64,000 nucleotides of DNA from the NCBI RefSeq assembly GCF_006345805.1, contig NW_021836167.1, positions 1-64,000 on the forward strand, in the 5' to 3' direction. Below are positions 46,357-59,474 of the stretch, piece after piece; the first letter of the stretch is position 1, and each line of letters starts with the position of its first letter. The notes under the pieces were generated by a model. It was not told where the DNA came from. It searched no databases and saw only the letters and a list, made by a program, of their open reading frames with translations. The DNA is from Octopus sinensis. Its lineage: Eukaryota. A program made the position numbers and the translations under genes.

Positions 46357-47799
46357 ATTTCATTAATCTAATTAATCTTACTAATAATTCCGGTTTTGGT
46401 TTTGATTAATTTTTTTTTTGTTAACAATTTATAATTTGAGGAGAACCATAAGTACAGTGCGACCCAGAATTGTGGGAATTTTTCCTTAATTTTGAGGCTT
46501 TCCCCAAAAAGAGGGTTTTCCTTAAATGTAAGTCTCTCCTGTTCGATGTCTTACCTCAATAATATAACCAAGACGGATAACTACAATTTTTATTTTGTTT
46601 TAATTCGGACAAGTTTAGTAAATGTCGATTCGCAGACATATGTTGATCCAAATATCGCTAAATTTTTTTTGTATTATTGGCTAGATTCGGTAATCGGTTC
46701 TCTGGAATTCTCGAATAAAAGTCAATTATTGCAATGTTGCTGAACAAACTTTTCAGTTCGACATCATTTTGAAAATCAATCAATTCCAGTTGGTAAATGC
46801 CGGAAATTTCCTCACATTTCATAATTAATGGAGATGCAAATAATCTCATTGAATTTGCACCTTCTTTAAAGCTCTGTCAGGTTAAATTAAATACTAAAAA
46901 CCTGAAATCTTGTATCAAATTGCGAACTTAAATCTTTAATTATTTTTAAATATTTATCAGTTGACCCACTTTCGAAATTTTCTGACAAATAAGGAAAATA
47001 TGTGTAACCATTATTTGATATCTGCGCTTTCCATAAAATTAATTTCTTAGCGAAGGCATTGATATATCCTATAAATTTGATAATTTAATTTATTTTCCCC
47101 TTGTAGTTCGACATTTAGGGCAGGCAGATGCATCGATAGATCCACTATAGAGGAATCAAATGTAGACCTACCTACTCATTCACAATAATTATCCAAAGGG
47201 AACAATGGCCCACAGGACAGTTTGAATAAAGATTGTTTCTAAACGAACTTTCGGTTCTCTAGGAAGCAAAAGTAAATATTATTACGTTAGTTCTGAAATG
47301 GGATGCGGTTGTCTTAAGGTTCTTTAAAAGTCACATGGATAAGTTATCCACTAAAGAAGTACCGAGGACAGACATCTAGTCGGTTAAGCTAAAAAGGACG
47401 CTGGAAAGTACGCTGGTTGAACACAGACATGGAATGAAGGTAGACGACGTAGAGTAACTCCGCGGAGCTGACATGCCACGTGGACACTCAACTGGAAAAA
47501 AACCTCGAAAAGGAAATTAAAAAGCAAAGGAAGTTTGTGATAAACACTTCTTCCAAACTAAGAAGGCAAATCACTGACGATTTAGACTCCTAATTAGATA
47601 ATTTAGTTGATTAAAATTAAACGATTCAAATGAAATAATTTAATTTATTACGTAAGAAATATGCTTTTTTATTTCCTTGTTTATTTCCTTTTTTATTTCC
47701 TAACTAAAAACTCTCGATAACTCACAAAGCGAAAACATGAAAAATGTGAAACCAATAAGGAAAAACGAAAAATGTTCACGAATTTAAATAACTTTCAAG

Positions 47800-48212
47800 T
47801 TCATCTTTAAAATATTGAGATTCAACTGAAAAACGCCTAAAATTATCGAAACAAGAATCTCCATATACAAACGCTAAGCATTTTTTATGGCCATACACGT
47901 GTCCATCAAGTACAAAAGAACTTTCAGACTTTGTTCGCATTAGCCGGTAGCAAAAACCACATCTGTCGTCATCAAACTGTGGTTCACTAGTATCCCATGT
48001 TATTTCTTCTAGTTTTGCAAGATCCTTTAGACATTCTTTGAGAGATGGTGAAAGGTCTCGAAATTCTGGACTCTCAGGAGAGAATTCATAAAACCCGCCC
48101 TGTAATTTTGCAATTATGAGCTGGAGATCTATATTTTTGACTACTCAAAATATTATCACCAACAAAAACCTTCATCCATATGATCTGACAACTTAGACAT
48201 GTCCAGGTTCAT
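47800..48212 (-). CDS. second copy of the orphan gene
   Basis: Paralog of 29860-30284 with the frame preserved. Confidence 0.55.
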
Positions 48213-48304
48213 GATAACAAAAACTGAACTTGAAAATATTTTATTTATTTTTTCAAATAATATCTGGAAAATTAATATAATAAACAATTTTTTTAAATCT
48301 AGAT

Positions 48305-48350
48305 CAGTGATTCGCAAAGTGCGGCCCTAGGATTTAATTAAGGGGCTTAT
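48305..48350 (+). mobile_element. hAT Buster 5' stub
   Basis: CAGTGATTCGCAAAGTGCGGCC after ATCTAGAT; absent from copy A. Confidence 0.5.
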
Positions 48351-48470
48351 GTTTCTATATATTTTATTTAATATTTAAAAAATTGTCAGTTTTTTATTTT
48401 TCACTATAGTATGCAATCATTTATATTGCCATATTTTGTTTGATTAAATCTTTCTTTGATCATTGAACGA

Positions 48471-48786
48471 ATGAATTTCAATACCACCGACCTTGCAATA
48501 ACTCATCATTGTAATATATTTACAAATAGCGCTGATCATTTCATATTCATTGCAATTGTAGTCTATAATGTTTACTATTTTTATAGAAATGTCAAGTTAC
48601 ATGACTACAATGGCAATTCGTTATTATAGAGGAGTGATTCTTTCTTTGATAGTCGAATGACTATTACTTCCGGCCATTCAGTGACATGTATCATTATTAT
48701 TCACTTAATTTAGTCGTCGACGAGAGGATCAAAATTTTTCAAATTGCAACAATTGAAATCGTCATCTTTTCAGGTGATTTTATTGT
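48471..48786 (+). pseudogene. proteasome-beta paralog, 5' fragment
   Basis: TTMAIRYYRGVIL.. with frameshifts; truncated at TGTCACG. Confidence 0.8.
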
Positions 48787-49679
48787 GTCACGAGCCGGAC
48801 GCGTTACACTTGTGTTTTTTCTGTTAGTGGACACAACTTGGAATACCATTGCATGCGCAGTTCTTCGGAATAAAAAGGGAAATTATTCGGAAAATAGTGT
48901 CAGATTGTGAAGTGTGCCGTTTTTCCACACCATTAAAAGTTGGCGATGAGCAAACTCATATTCCCTCTATCAAGGAAATTGCTGATTTCATAACTTTCAG
49001 CTACTGTGATTAACTGGTTACATATCAAATAATGTATTTTTGCATCATCGTTGTACAAAATGGAAAAGTTCCCATTTTTTGAAACATTCAGTTTCATCTC
49101 ACAAACACCAGTTTTTAGTTGCAGAAAAACAAGTGACATAGTCAAACAAGATTTACAATAAACTAATTATTAAAAATAGATCCAAAAATGTGCTCTGTGC
49201 ATAGATATTTGGAACACGGCACTTGATAGAGAAACAAACTCTGGAAAAAGTGAATTAATAAGGATGAGATAAAATAATGACGAGAATATGTAAGAAGAAC
49301 AGATTATAGGAATATTTCAAAAATGTTACAAAATGATGAAATTTCGGATAATTTGATTATTAAACGAAACTACATCGCAAATTATTCCTTCTGAATCCAA
49401 TTACATGCAAAAATAACAACGACGATATTGTAAAAAAGCACAACATAAAAATAATCCGTGTGCTTCCACGTGGCACAATTTATTAGGTTTGCCATGAATA
49501 ATTAAGATAATTAAATAATAATTAATAAAAAATAAGATTTATTTTAATTAAAACTATTTTATATTTTAAGGGCTCGCGGGCCGCATTTATACATGCAAAG
49601 AGCCGCATATTTGACACCCCTGCCTTAGACGATTTAAATCTCTTATTCATTATGCCGTAAATTTAAGTTTTTTTTAGCT

Positions 49680-49988
49680 ATTAGAGAGTGATTTTTCTAT
49701 TTTTGGACAATCTTGTACATGTTTCGGTGATTGATCACAATACTTTCTATAGGCTCAGGCGGTTCTTTTGTAAGAAGTTATGCCACAACTAAGTTTTAAC
49801 CATATAGTAACTAATAGTTACCCGGGCTATCATCAAGCAAAAGAACAAATGGCACATCATATTATTAATGAAGCCAGCGTTTTCGATATGCACACTGGAG
49901 GGCCCTCTTTTGTGGTTTTTTTGTTTATAATTTATTAGTGGCATCCATTACAATCAATGGAATACAATTTGAAGGTTGTCGCAGTTAA
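49680..49988 (+). pseudogene. proteasome-beta paralog, 3' fragment
   Basis: Paralog of 42160-42469. Confidence 0.8.
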
Positions 49989-51387
49989 ACTGTGCAAGTG
50001 AATGTGTCCAAATCTTAGAAATAAATCTGATCTTTAGAAATAAAATATGTTTAATTTATAGTATTTTTAGATGTTTTAATATCAATTGTAGCCACACTGC
50101 AAAATTTGCGCTTAGGAAATTTTAGGCCCTTATTATGATTTTTCGCTCAAATCGATAATAAACATTTGATTTCTGCTGTCACGGGAAAAATTTGAAAATT
50201 TTTTAAGTACGAAGAAAACTTGAAAGTTTTTAAAAGACAAAAAACAACTGATCAACTTTTTTAATTACTATACTCCTCGATGTCACAGGTTCTTTGCGAA
50301 CTGATAAAATATTCAGACTGCAGAGCAATAATATTAGATAGTTTAACTAAAAAAGTTATTTGTTATAAATAATCACGAAATGCTTCAAATGCCATAACAG
50401 CAATAGGAAAATTAGACAAGACAATGAAAAACAGCAGTAAAACATAACTGGCTTTGAAGACAGAATTATCAAACATATTAAATATGAGACAATTTAATCC
50501 ATGATGAAAACACAGCCTTAAAGAATTAGAAGAAAGGCTTAAAAAACTATACACACATCGGTTAAATGTTTGTCAAAATTAACAATTGCTGACAAAACTA
50601 ACAAATACCAATTTTTAGGGTTTTTTACGATAAAAATATCAGAAATAATCTGGTTAGTCACTATAAATATTCAGGTTTGTACATCACGTCTTGTTTTAAA
50701 ATATAAAATTTATAGACTTAGTTAAAGTAAACAAAACAGCTGTATTCTCATACGAGTTCTGCAAAGTTGTTTCCAGGTAAAAAGAATACTCACTGAATTT
50801 ATGACCTGAGTACATTTTATCAAAAAATAAGTGAATTTTCTTTATTGTGCTTTCTGGTGATCTGAATTTCTTTATTTTTAAAAGACAGGAGGAAAGATTA
50901 TTTTTTGATAATGTCTTTTGGTTTAACTTTCATTTCTTATGAGTTTCTACCAGAGAACGAGCATTTTTATAAAGAGTTTTTTCTTTAATATGGATTATGT
51001 CGTTCAATTTTTAGTGATTCTTTCATTTTTCCCTGACGCTTTTACTTGTTCTCATATTTCAAATAACGTCGTTATAATCAAAGTCTACATAAATTTAAAA
51101 TTTATAAACTCTATTTATTTTAGTATTAACTGATGGTCGCTTGCTAGTTTGCTAATAATCCTGTAATGCAGGGGTTTTGTCGCATTAAACATCAAATCAT
51201 CGCCAATTTTAAAAAGAGCAAAACATTTTTATTTGCCAATTTAGTGTTCATATTGAATTAATAATGACACATTAATGTAAGCCGTCTTATATCAAAAAAT
51301 AAATACATTTATTGAAAATTTTAAAAACGCAAAAATTTATTATTTAAAAATCTGATTTGAATATCCGTTATTTTTCATTAAAAATAT

Positions 51388-51960
51388 CTAAAAAAAATTT
51401 TGACTGGTCTCATTATCCTTGATATCCGTCGACCGATCGAGCGAAGGAAGCAGAGCGTCTTGGGGCCGAAAATCCCCGAAGACTTCGAGGCAATTGAAGT
51501 AAAAAATGCGAGTTCGAGAGGTGGCCAGATTTGAGAATCTTACGATCCTCGGCCAGCCTCGAAGCATGCCCAGGATCAACAGCGGACAGAGCAAGATTTT
51601 CGCGTAAGAATGTATCTGAGCAGGTAGAGTCCCTAATAAGAGATTTCCCCTGCTCGTAAGGGAAGGTGTACATGCATTTTGGGCGTCGGCTGTCATCTTT
51701 ATCAAGCCCAACAGGCTCGAGGATTGACGAGATACCCGCGGTAACGAGGGCTCTCTGTATGATTATGCTAAGTTCACTGTGGCGAGGGGCACGACCAGCA
51801 TCATAGGCAAGCGAGAGTGTGCAAGACCGTACTAGTTAAAGTTTCCCCACAGCTGCATTTGTGCGCCTGACATATCTTCAGCCTAACAAGGATGGAGATT
51901 GCGATTCTTAAACAATCCTTGTCAACCAGATTCCCGATGGAAAGTAAAGGGAGAGCTTTT
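51388..51960 (-). mobile_element. degraded CRE 3' region
   Basis: GRAPRHSEL, LEPVGLDKDDSRRPK, TFPYEQGKSLIRDSTCSDT. Confidence 0.8.
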
Positions 51961-51987
51961 TACCAAACACCGCTGTTTTGACATCAA

Positions 51988-52330
51988 TCAGGACGTAAGC
52001 AAGCGAGTCGGACCGGTCCGCATTAGTGCATTGAAAACCTGTCTTTTAACATTTTGAAACAATTTTTGCAGCTTTGTGTATACACTATTTGAAGAAATTG
52101 TTTTGTAAAAAATACTCGTTTCATTAGCGTTGTATACATTTTCAATTCTGTATTCTAAGATTTTATCTTTCATGAAAGAAAGAAAATTATTAAAACATTT
52201 TTCATTCAGTTCATTACATAATGAAATTTCACCGTGCAATTTTCTTAATTCTAGACCATTCTGTTGTTTAAATTTTTCTACCCAATCTTCAAGTGAAACG
52301 AAAAAATAAAACAACCTGCACTTGCTTTAA
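51988..52330 (-). mobile_element. pogo/Tigger fragment
   Basis: WVEKFKQQNG..KLHGE, NVYNANETSIFYK. Confidence 0.75.
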
Positions 52331-52838
52331 GATAATTCCTCCATTTCCACAATCCTTTTAACTTTCAGATTAGAACCATAAAAATAAACCGTAAAATATT
52401 GCAAAGAGATTCATTGTCTTCACAATTTTTTCTTTGTTATGGATTTGTTGAGTAAAATCCTGAGTAATCTTGAACAAACTTTTAACATTATCTATTCGTC
52501 GAAACGACCAATATACGGAAACGTATTCTACAAGCCATGTCTAGAAGAAGGTTAAAAAGAATACCAGTAATCAATAGTTTTAGTTGAACTAAATCAAAAC
52601 ACTCTCGAAAAAATTATGGAGTCTTGTTAATCAGGTCACTTTGATGGCTCTTGTTTGTTTCAAGTACTCAGGATTTCTGATTTTCGAACTGGATAAATAG
52701 TTGAGTTGAGGAGAGTTTGTTAGATTATACAATAAACAAAATTAGTCACTGGAGGAATGAGGTAGTCTTTTGTAAAATAAATTTATAATAAAATAAATTG
52801 AATAAAAAAGTTCTTCAACAATGAAATGACTAATTTTA

Positions 52839-53394
52839 CTAAAATCGACGTCCTCTTCCAAAACTTCGATTTCCACCGAACCCTCCCCTTCCACGTCCTC
52901 CAGAACCACGACCTCTTCCTCGACTTGCACCGCGAGGTCCTCCTCGGGAAGTACCTCTGCCGCGTGACGATCCCCTTCCCCGTGAATTACTTTCAGGCTG
53001 AGTAAAGCGAGACATTGGAAGAAGTTTAGCAGAATCAACGTAAAATTTGGTTTGATCTTGAAACGACTCAGGTTTTATTCCATGAGATGTTTTGACTGAG
53101 CACATAAAACTATTTATGGGACCAAGGACATCATCCAACTACACAATTAAGTCAATAAACAACCGATCCAATTTGCTGCTCATTTTCGTTAAAAATGGGT
53201 GCATTAAAGAATGGAACTTGGTCAAATCCTGAGCAATTAAGAAGCAATAAATCGTCAAAGCTCTTTTCCTTCGCTCCCAAACATTTTAGTTCAGATGGCT
53301 GATTGTAGGAGTAAGATGCTCCTCTATAAGTACCTCGAGAATTGTTATATCGTCCACGTGAGTTATTGAATCCTCTAGTAATTCCTTTGTTCAT
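52839..53394 (-). CDS. GAR1: H/ACA snoRNP subunit GAR1, 176 aa
   Basis: 25-nt intron 53163-53139; VPFFNAPIF..QIG.LDDVLGP..KFYVD..KLLPMSRF flanked by RGG repeats. Confidence 0.92.
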
Positions 53395-54239
53395 CACCAG
53401 AAATAAAATAATAAAAATCGTGACACAATATTTTATGAAATTAATTAATTTTAAAATTGAAATTATTCTTATTAATAATCACGAGATGAATTCATTCAAA
53501 CGTTAGAGATTTTTACAGTGAACATATCCCTATCTGGAAATAAAATTTGAATCCAAACTAAATCAATACTAAATGAATCAATTAATCAAGTGTGTGTATT
53601 GCAGAATTCAAACCCTTCTGGATAAATCTTTATGTATTGTCAGGGCTCTCAATTTGTTTCGATAAGTTAATTATGATCAATGTTAAAAAAACCTTTATTA
53701 ATAAAAAAATTGACTAATTCTCATTTTCTAAGCATATCAACAATCTTAAAACTAAACTATCAAGAAGATTAAACTTTTAAATAGCCTTTCTTGGTTCGTG
53801 CACGGTAATAAATCAACCCTGGTGTAACATTATATACAAACTTTATGTCGAGCTCTCCATTTTCGAAAATGGGAATAACTGATCTGTGTTCATCAGGACA
53901 GTTTGTAGGAATGTTTTGTTTTTATATATTTTTGACATTTCCGATGCTTTATACTTCCGAAACTATTGAAGGATGTATTTAATGACAAACTTAATTTTAT
54001 TATCGGAAAAAGAGTTTTCAACTTTGAGAAATGCAGAAAATGGTATAATTTAATGGAATTGCCATTTCAATATATTTGTTTTTTTATTTAGGACTAAATG
54101 AGAACACTTACCGAGGAGACTAGGGCATAAACTGATATTTACAATCATTAGAAATTTTGGATAATTAAAATAGAAAATGGGTTAGTGAATTTGTGTGAAT
54201 GAAAAAAATAATGCTTGAGTTTAAAATGGAATGTCGTCA

Positions 54240-56100
54240 ATTTGTACTCCATAAACCAGGTTCAATGCGAAACGTCTTTTTTTCCAACTGTTTGACAAGG
54301 TAGTCATTCTCCTCCGTACCGTACTAGCTCTCGTAGCCATATGTGAGGACTGGCTGTACACACGTTTTGTAGACGTAGATGTACGTTTCGGGATATAGAT
54401 GGAACCTGGTTTGAGGATTCTAACGCTCCTCTTCCTTTGGTTAGCTACGTGGTCGGCGTACGAACCACGACAGCTGACTATTACTCCAAGGTAGTGTAAA
54501 TTAAACTCTTAGAGAGGTCCATATCATAACGACTCATACATAGCATAAAAACATGTAGCTGCACAACGCGTTCCTCATCGCATCCATAAAATGGTGCTCT
54601 TCTCAGGTGCTATGGTCAAGTCCTTCTCAGCAGTCCACTTCTTTAACTCGGCAATGTACGACTTCAGTCGTCTCCAAGACTGTGATATCCTTTTCGAGGT
54701 ATCTATAACCAGGATATTATCAGCGTAGATGACAAACTTGCCAGTACGTACAGACGGTAGGGGAATGTCCAAAAAGACGAGGTTGAAAAGAAGTGGACTC
54801 AAAACAGATCCCTGCGGGACGCCCCTTCTAAGTTCCACACATCCCGATAGGCGGTTCCTACAGCGAACAAAAGATTTCCTTCCACACAAGAAGTTTTCTA
54901 GCCATCGATAGGTCTTTATTCCGGTTCCAGTGTCATGGACTCTCGCAAGTAGGCCTAAGTTCCATACGCTATCATAAGCTTTTGTGAGGTCCAGACACAC
55001 TGCAGTTACACATGCTTCGTTCCTGTAAGCACGTGATAGCTGGTGCTCTAATTTCATGAAACAGTCCCCTGTGGATCTTCCTTCACAGAATCCCTATTGT
55101 ACAGACGATTTGTGATTCTACATAACAAGAAAGTCTGTTAAGGACAATCTTTTCCATAGTTTTGGAAAAAGCACAAATCAGACTGATCGGCCGATAGTTC
55201 ATTGCTAGCTGTTTCGATTTACCAGATTTCGGTATCATTCGAACGATCCATGTCGATGGAATATGTCCAAATGTCCAGCTGGCGTCAAACATCATAGTCA
55301 GTGCTTGCATCAGAAGGTCAGGCGCCTTCTTCAACAATATCTGAGGAATTTAGTAGAAACCAGGTGATTTGTTTTTCAACCCGGCTATTGCCTTTTCAAC
55401 TTCCTCTTGTGTTATCGTTCCACATAATGGTCCTTCTAACAGCTGCAAAGAGTTGACGTCTGTCGTGAAACAGCGACATCGATCTCTTATATCCTACTAG
55501 GTTTGTCTCTGAGTGCATCCGAAACGAGATCAAAGCGGATGTATTTACCACCTGGTCCTTTTAGCGAGATTTCAACTCCCTTGGCATCATTTTTGCTAAG
55601 ACGTTGTTATATTTTCCAGAAATTAGGATTTCGTTTGTCAAGTTTTTGGCATTCTGACATCCATTTACTTTTGACCTCAGCCTTGACCATTTTTGTAATA
55701 ATAGATTTGATTTTTTCAATCTCAATTTACAGGCGATATTTAATAGACTGACATGACATCTTTTGCGGTTTTACAAAGTACCTTTCGATTTGAGCTAATT
55801 AACAAGTTTCGAATTTAGGTCTCCAAATAATTTTTCCAGCGTAAGTGTCCAGGAATTTTATGATTGACGATCTTAGGTGATCGTCAAGGTTTTCAAAAGC
55901 ATCTCTGTTTTTCAAAGGCTGAAGCACGACAGTTCGAAGAGACTTCCGTATAAACGATTTAAATAAGCTCCAGTCCATATTTACAAGGTTTTAACCAATG
56001 AATAAGTCGTCGGTAACATTCACAGTTATCCGTATTTGCATTGTTTGGGAGATATGGTCAGAGCCAATGTCCGCCTCCAATCTCGGTATATAATATAAGG
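54240..56100 (-). mobile_element. I/Jockey-group non-LTR element, APE remnant plus RT, disabled
   Basis: GSDH; NYRPISL; LDLTKAYDSVW; GVPQGSVLSPLLF; YADN. Confidence 0.85.
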
Positions 56101-56350
56101 GACTAATTGACGCCGAGCATAGAAAGAGACCCAATATTTAAATGAAAAAACAATAAATTTTTAAAAATCAAGTAATCCTTATGATCACTTATTTATTATT
56201 CTAAAATCTCTTTTTATTTTTATGCGATGTCATTAAACAGACTGGTGCTAAAATAACTCCAAAATTACTCAAGTTAGTTTAGATAAGCTTCCTATGCTTA
56301 TATGCACTCAAATGTGTTTAATTCAATAATTTAAAATAAAATCAAAATTA

Positions 56351-56421
56351 TGCATCTGCCGGGAATCGAACCCGGTTCGCTCGCATGGGAAGCGAACATG
56401 ATACCATTACACCACAGATGC
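56351..56421 (-). tRNA. tRNA-Gly(CCC)
   Basis: GCATCTG/CAGATGC acceptor stem with discriminator A; TGGT in the D-loop; TTCGC-TTCCCAT-GCGAG anticodon arm; CCGGG-TTCGATT-CCCGG T arm; T4 downstream; the flanking block of about 580 bp is duplicated at about 31423-31992. Confidence 0.95.
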
Positions 56422-56774
56422 TGCAATCCTTTCCCTCGGAATCTCTACAGTTCGCGCATCATACAACGTTTTTTCTTTTTTAAACTTAGAGGTACCTTAT
56501 ATAATTACAAAAAAGAAGGCACCTAATTTTGTCTGGTGAACTTTTAGTAAATCCTTCTATTATTTCAATGGCCGAAATTTTGCTTGACTCCATTTCTGTA
56601 TCCAGATTCAAAGAGGTCCCTTTGTCTAATGATACAATTTCTCTAAGAATTTAAGATATGTCTGGTAATATCTTGTCTCAGATTGTTCATTGTATTAACT
56701 ACAGTTCTTTCTCGATAAGCTTCCAGTTCGATCAATCGACTGATATAACTTTGTCAGTTGGTTTCTTTTGACGT

Positions 56775-58780
56775 TTTCTCGTGGAAAACAAGATTGTTGA
56801 GGATTTTCTTGTTTGTATCGAACTTGATCGAAGAACACGATGTCAGGATATTTTTGCTGTTGTTGACAAATTTATGGAACTTAATTATATTGACTGGAAT
56901 AAAGTAGAATCAATTTGCACTGACAGAGCTCGTTCAATGCTTAAATATCGGTCAGGATTTATTGCACATGTAAATAAAAAATCCAAATATCCAATCTTTC
57001 TATTGTGCAATACACAAATATTTGCTTTCATTAAAACTTTACCATCAGAGATGAAGATTTTTCTCGATCAAATAATAAAAATAATTAGTATTATTCGCTC
57101 AAGAGCAGTCAATCATAGAATTTTTCGGAAGCTGTCAAAGAACTTGGATCAGAACATTCAATTTTGTTATTCATTCAGAAGTCAGATGGCTTTCCCGGGG
57201 AAAGGTTTTGACATGAGTTGTTGAGTTGTCTGATGCTATTTCAACGTTATTATTATTTATTTATTTAACCGCCAAGACCACGATAAAAGTCAAACAAAAG
57301 TCACGTGATCCCGATGCACTCGACCAGGGACCTCATCTTCGCTCGCCCCACACAAGATCGCACCAGGCGGCAGGCCGTTTTTGACGGGGCATTTGCTGAC
57401 GGACCGAGATTCAGCTTGATAAGGTTTTCCAGAGAAGCTGGACCGGGGCGTTCGCTATCATGCGACCAACGATCGGCCCTTTGTTGGGCCTCCATGATTC
57501 GCCTTCTGTTGGACCACGATAACCGCGGACTCCATGATCCGGAGGCGTAGGCGATAGATGGTTTGAAGTACTGGCGGTAGATATTCACCAGTACCGGGTG
57601 CGACCAGTTTTTTCATATACCGGATAGAATTCGGAGGATGTTCAATTTTTTTCGCATTTGCGAAGTAGGTTGTCTGCTTGTGGGGAGAAACAGAGGTGCA
57701 TATCAAGGGTTACCCCTAGGACCGTCTGACTCCTGTAGAAGGGCACGGACATATTATTCAGCTTTAAGTCGACTGAAGTCTTTCCCAATCTTTTGTCGGA
57801 AGTGAAAAGGGACGTGGCGGACTTTGCCGCGTTTACCAAGAGTCGGTTGTCCGTCAGCCATAAGTTAGCTTGGAGCCTTTCAGAGGCCTTCTGGATGTCC
57901 CGGTCCCGTGAAGCTAATACGATGTTGTCCGCGTATGAAAGAACAATCTCATTGTTGTCGAGGAAGGGAGATCTTCCAGGAATAGGTTGAAAAGGCCCGG
58001 GGATAAGAGGGATCCCTGAGGTACTCCGTTGGGTAGAAGACGAGATTTGAACTTCAGACCACCGAGGCACACCCTTCCCCTTCGTCCACTTAGGAAGTTG
58101 GTGATCCATATTTTTAGCTTCAAAGAAATTCGGATTGGAATATCTTCCTTAAAAGAAGCTTCCTCGAGACAGAGTCAAAGGCTTTGTGGATGTCATTTTG
58201 ATTTATTTGAATTGATGGAATCTATTGAATTCAAAAAAATAATTTTATCTTGCTGACATTTTTTTCCATTTTGGATGATTTTGATTTATCTTTGCAAAGT
58301 TAACTATATTTATGAACTTTAGGCAAATATACATGTCTTCAATTGAATTGAATGAAAAAATCACTAGATTCAAAAATAAATTATATTTGTGGAGAAATAA
58401 ACTTTTGAATTTAAATATATCAATGTTTCCTCTTGTTGAAACTTTTTATCGAAATACAGATTCCTATAATTCGTTGTTGGAAATTGTTGATGAACATCTT
58501 GAAAATCTTATTGAGAAATTTGAAAATTATTTTCCTGCACAAAATTCTGTTCCTGATTGGATTGTAAATCTCTTGCTTTTTCCCATGAATGTAGATGACG
58601 ATCTCGAAATTCAAGAATCCCCTATCTAAGACAAAGCCGAACATTGATATTTTGATCTCTAAAATGCAAGATTTAAGATTTGATTTAATTCTTGATTAAG
58701 ATAAAATCGATATTAGGGGGTCCCTAATATTTTTTAAAAGCACCTTGGGGTCCACGTTAAAAAAAGGTTGAGAAACGCTG
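56775..58780 (+). mobile_element. hAT Buster-type transposase, disabled and interrupted
   Basis: ICTDRARSML, EVRWLSRGKVL, YLADIF; terminus GGTTGAGAAACGCTG followed by CTTTAAGG. Confidence 0.85.
57248..58110 (-). mobile_element. 5'-truncated I/Jockey-group element inserted in the Buster transposase
   Basis: GVPQGSLLSP, YADN, LGVTLD; (TAAA)n/(TAA)n tail; same family as 3510-4340. Confidence 0.85.
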
Positions 58781-58799
58781 CTTTAAGGAAATATTAACA

Positions 58800-59450
58800 A
58801 AATATCTCCTTGGTTATGTACAAACCAGCTAAACCTAAGCCCCGAAAAATGCATGACCGCTCTATTCATGACTAACAAAAAATATCCAATTCTGAAATCA
58901 ATTTTGTTTTGAACGGAACAACAATTCCGCAGACTAAAACGCAGGAAATAATAGATGTGACTTTTGACACCTAATTCTCATTCTCTAAGCATATCAACAA
59001 TCTTAAAACTAAACTATCGAGAAGATAAACTTTTAAAAGGCCTTTCTTGGTTCGTGCACGGTAATAAAACAACCCTGTGTAGCATAATATACAAACAATA
59101 TGTCGAACCCTCCATTGGTATGCTTGCGGTACCTGGGGATTATATCTGGCCCTAACAAATTGTCAAAAGATCTCGAACCTACATCGGGAGGCTGCAAAGA
59201 CCATCTCCAGTTTTACTGAACGGCTTATAAAGCCAACTGCTTTCAAAACGCTGATAAGGGCGACCGGTTTCGAGTTCTAAGTTAAAAAATGCTGGAATAA
59301 GCACAGACCCTTGAATTCTCGTCCAATCAGAAGATCCGCCGGATCCCTGGCTGAACACAGAAAGAAGATGCCCAGATTGATTAAGAACTTTGTTTTCTGA
59401 CTTTAACAGTGTTTTCGGTATAAAATAAATAAATCTAATAAATAACATAC
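58800..59450 (+). mobile_element. degraded I/Jockey-group 3' fragment (part duplicated near 53718-53860)
   Basis: LNGTTIPQTK..DVTFD..FSKHINNLKTKLSRR; TAAATAAA tail. Confidence 0.6.
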
Positions 59451-59474
59451 CACAGAATGCTATATTCTTTAGAT

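Larger units (their letters stand above)
44742..48786. repeat. segmental duplication block I, copy B
   Basis: Carries the empty sites for three insertions found in 21646-30878. Confidence 0.95.

Noticed and set aside
48786-49270. Possible LTR (TGTCACG start) with a PBS-like TAGTGTCAGA
   Set aside because: No second LTR, TSD or coding motif found; too weak to call
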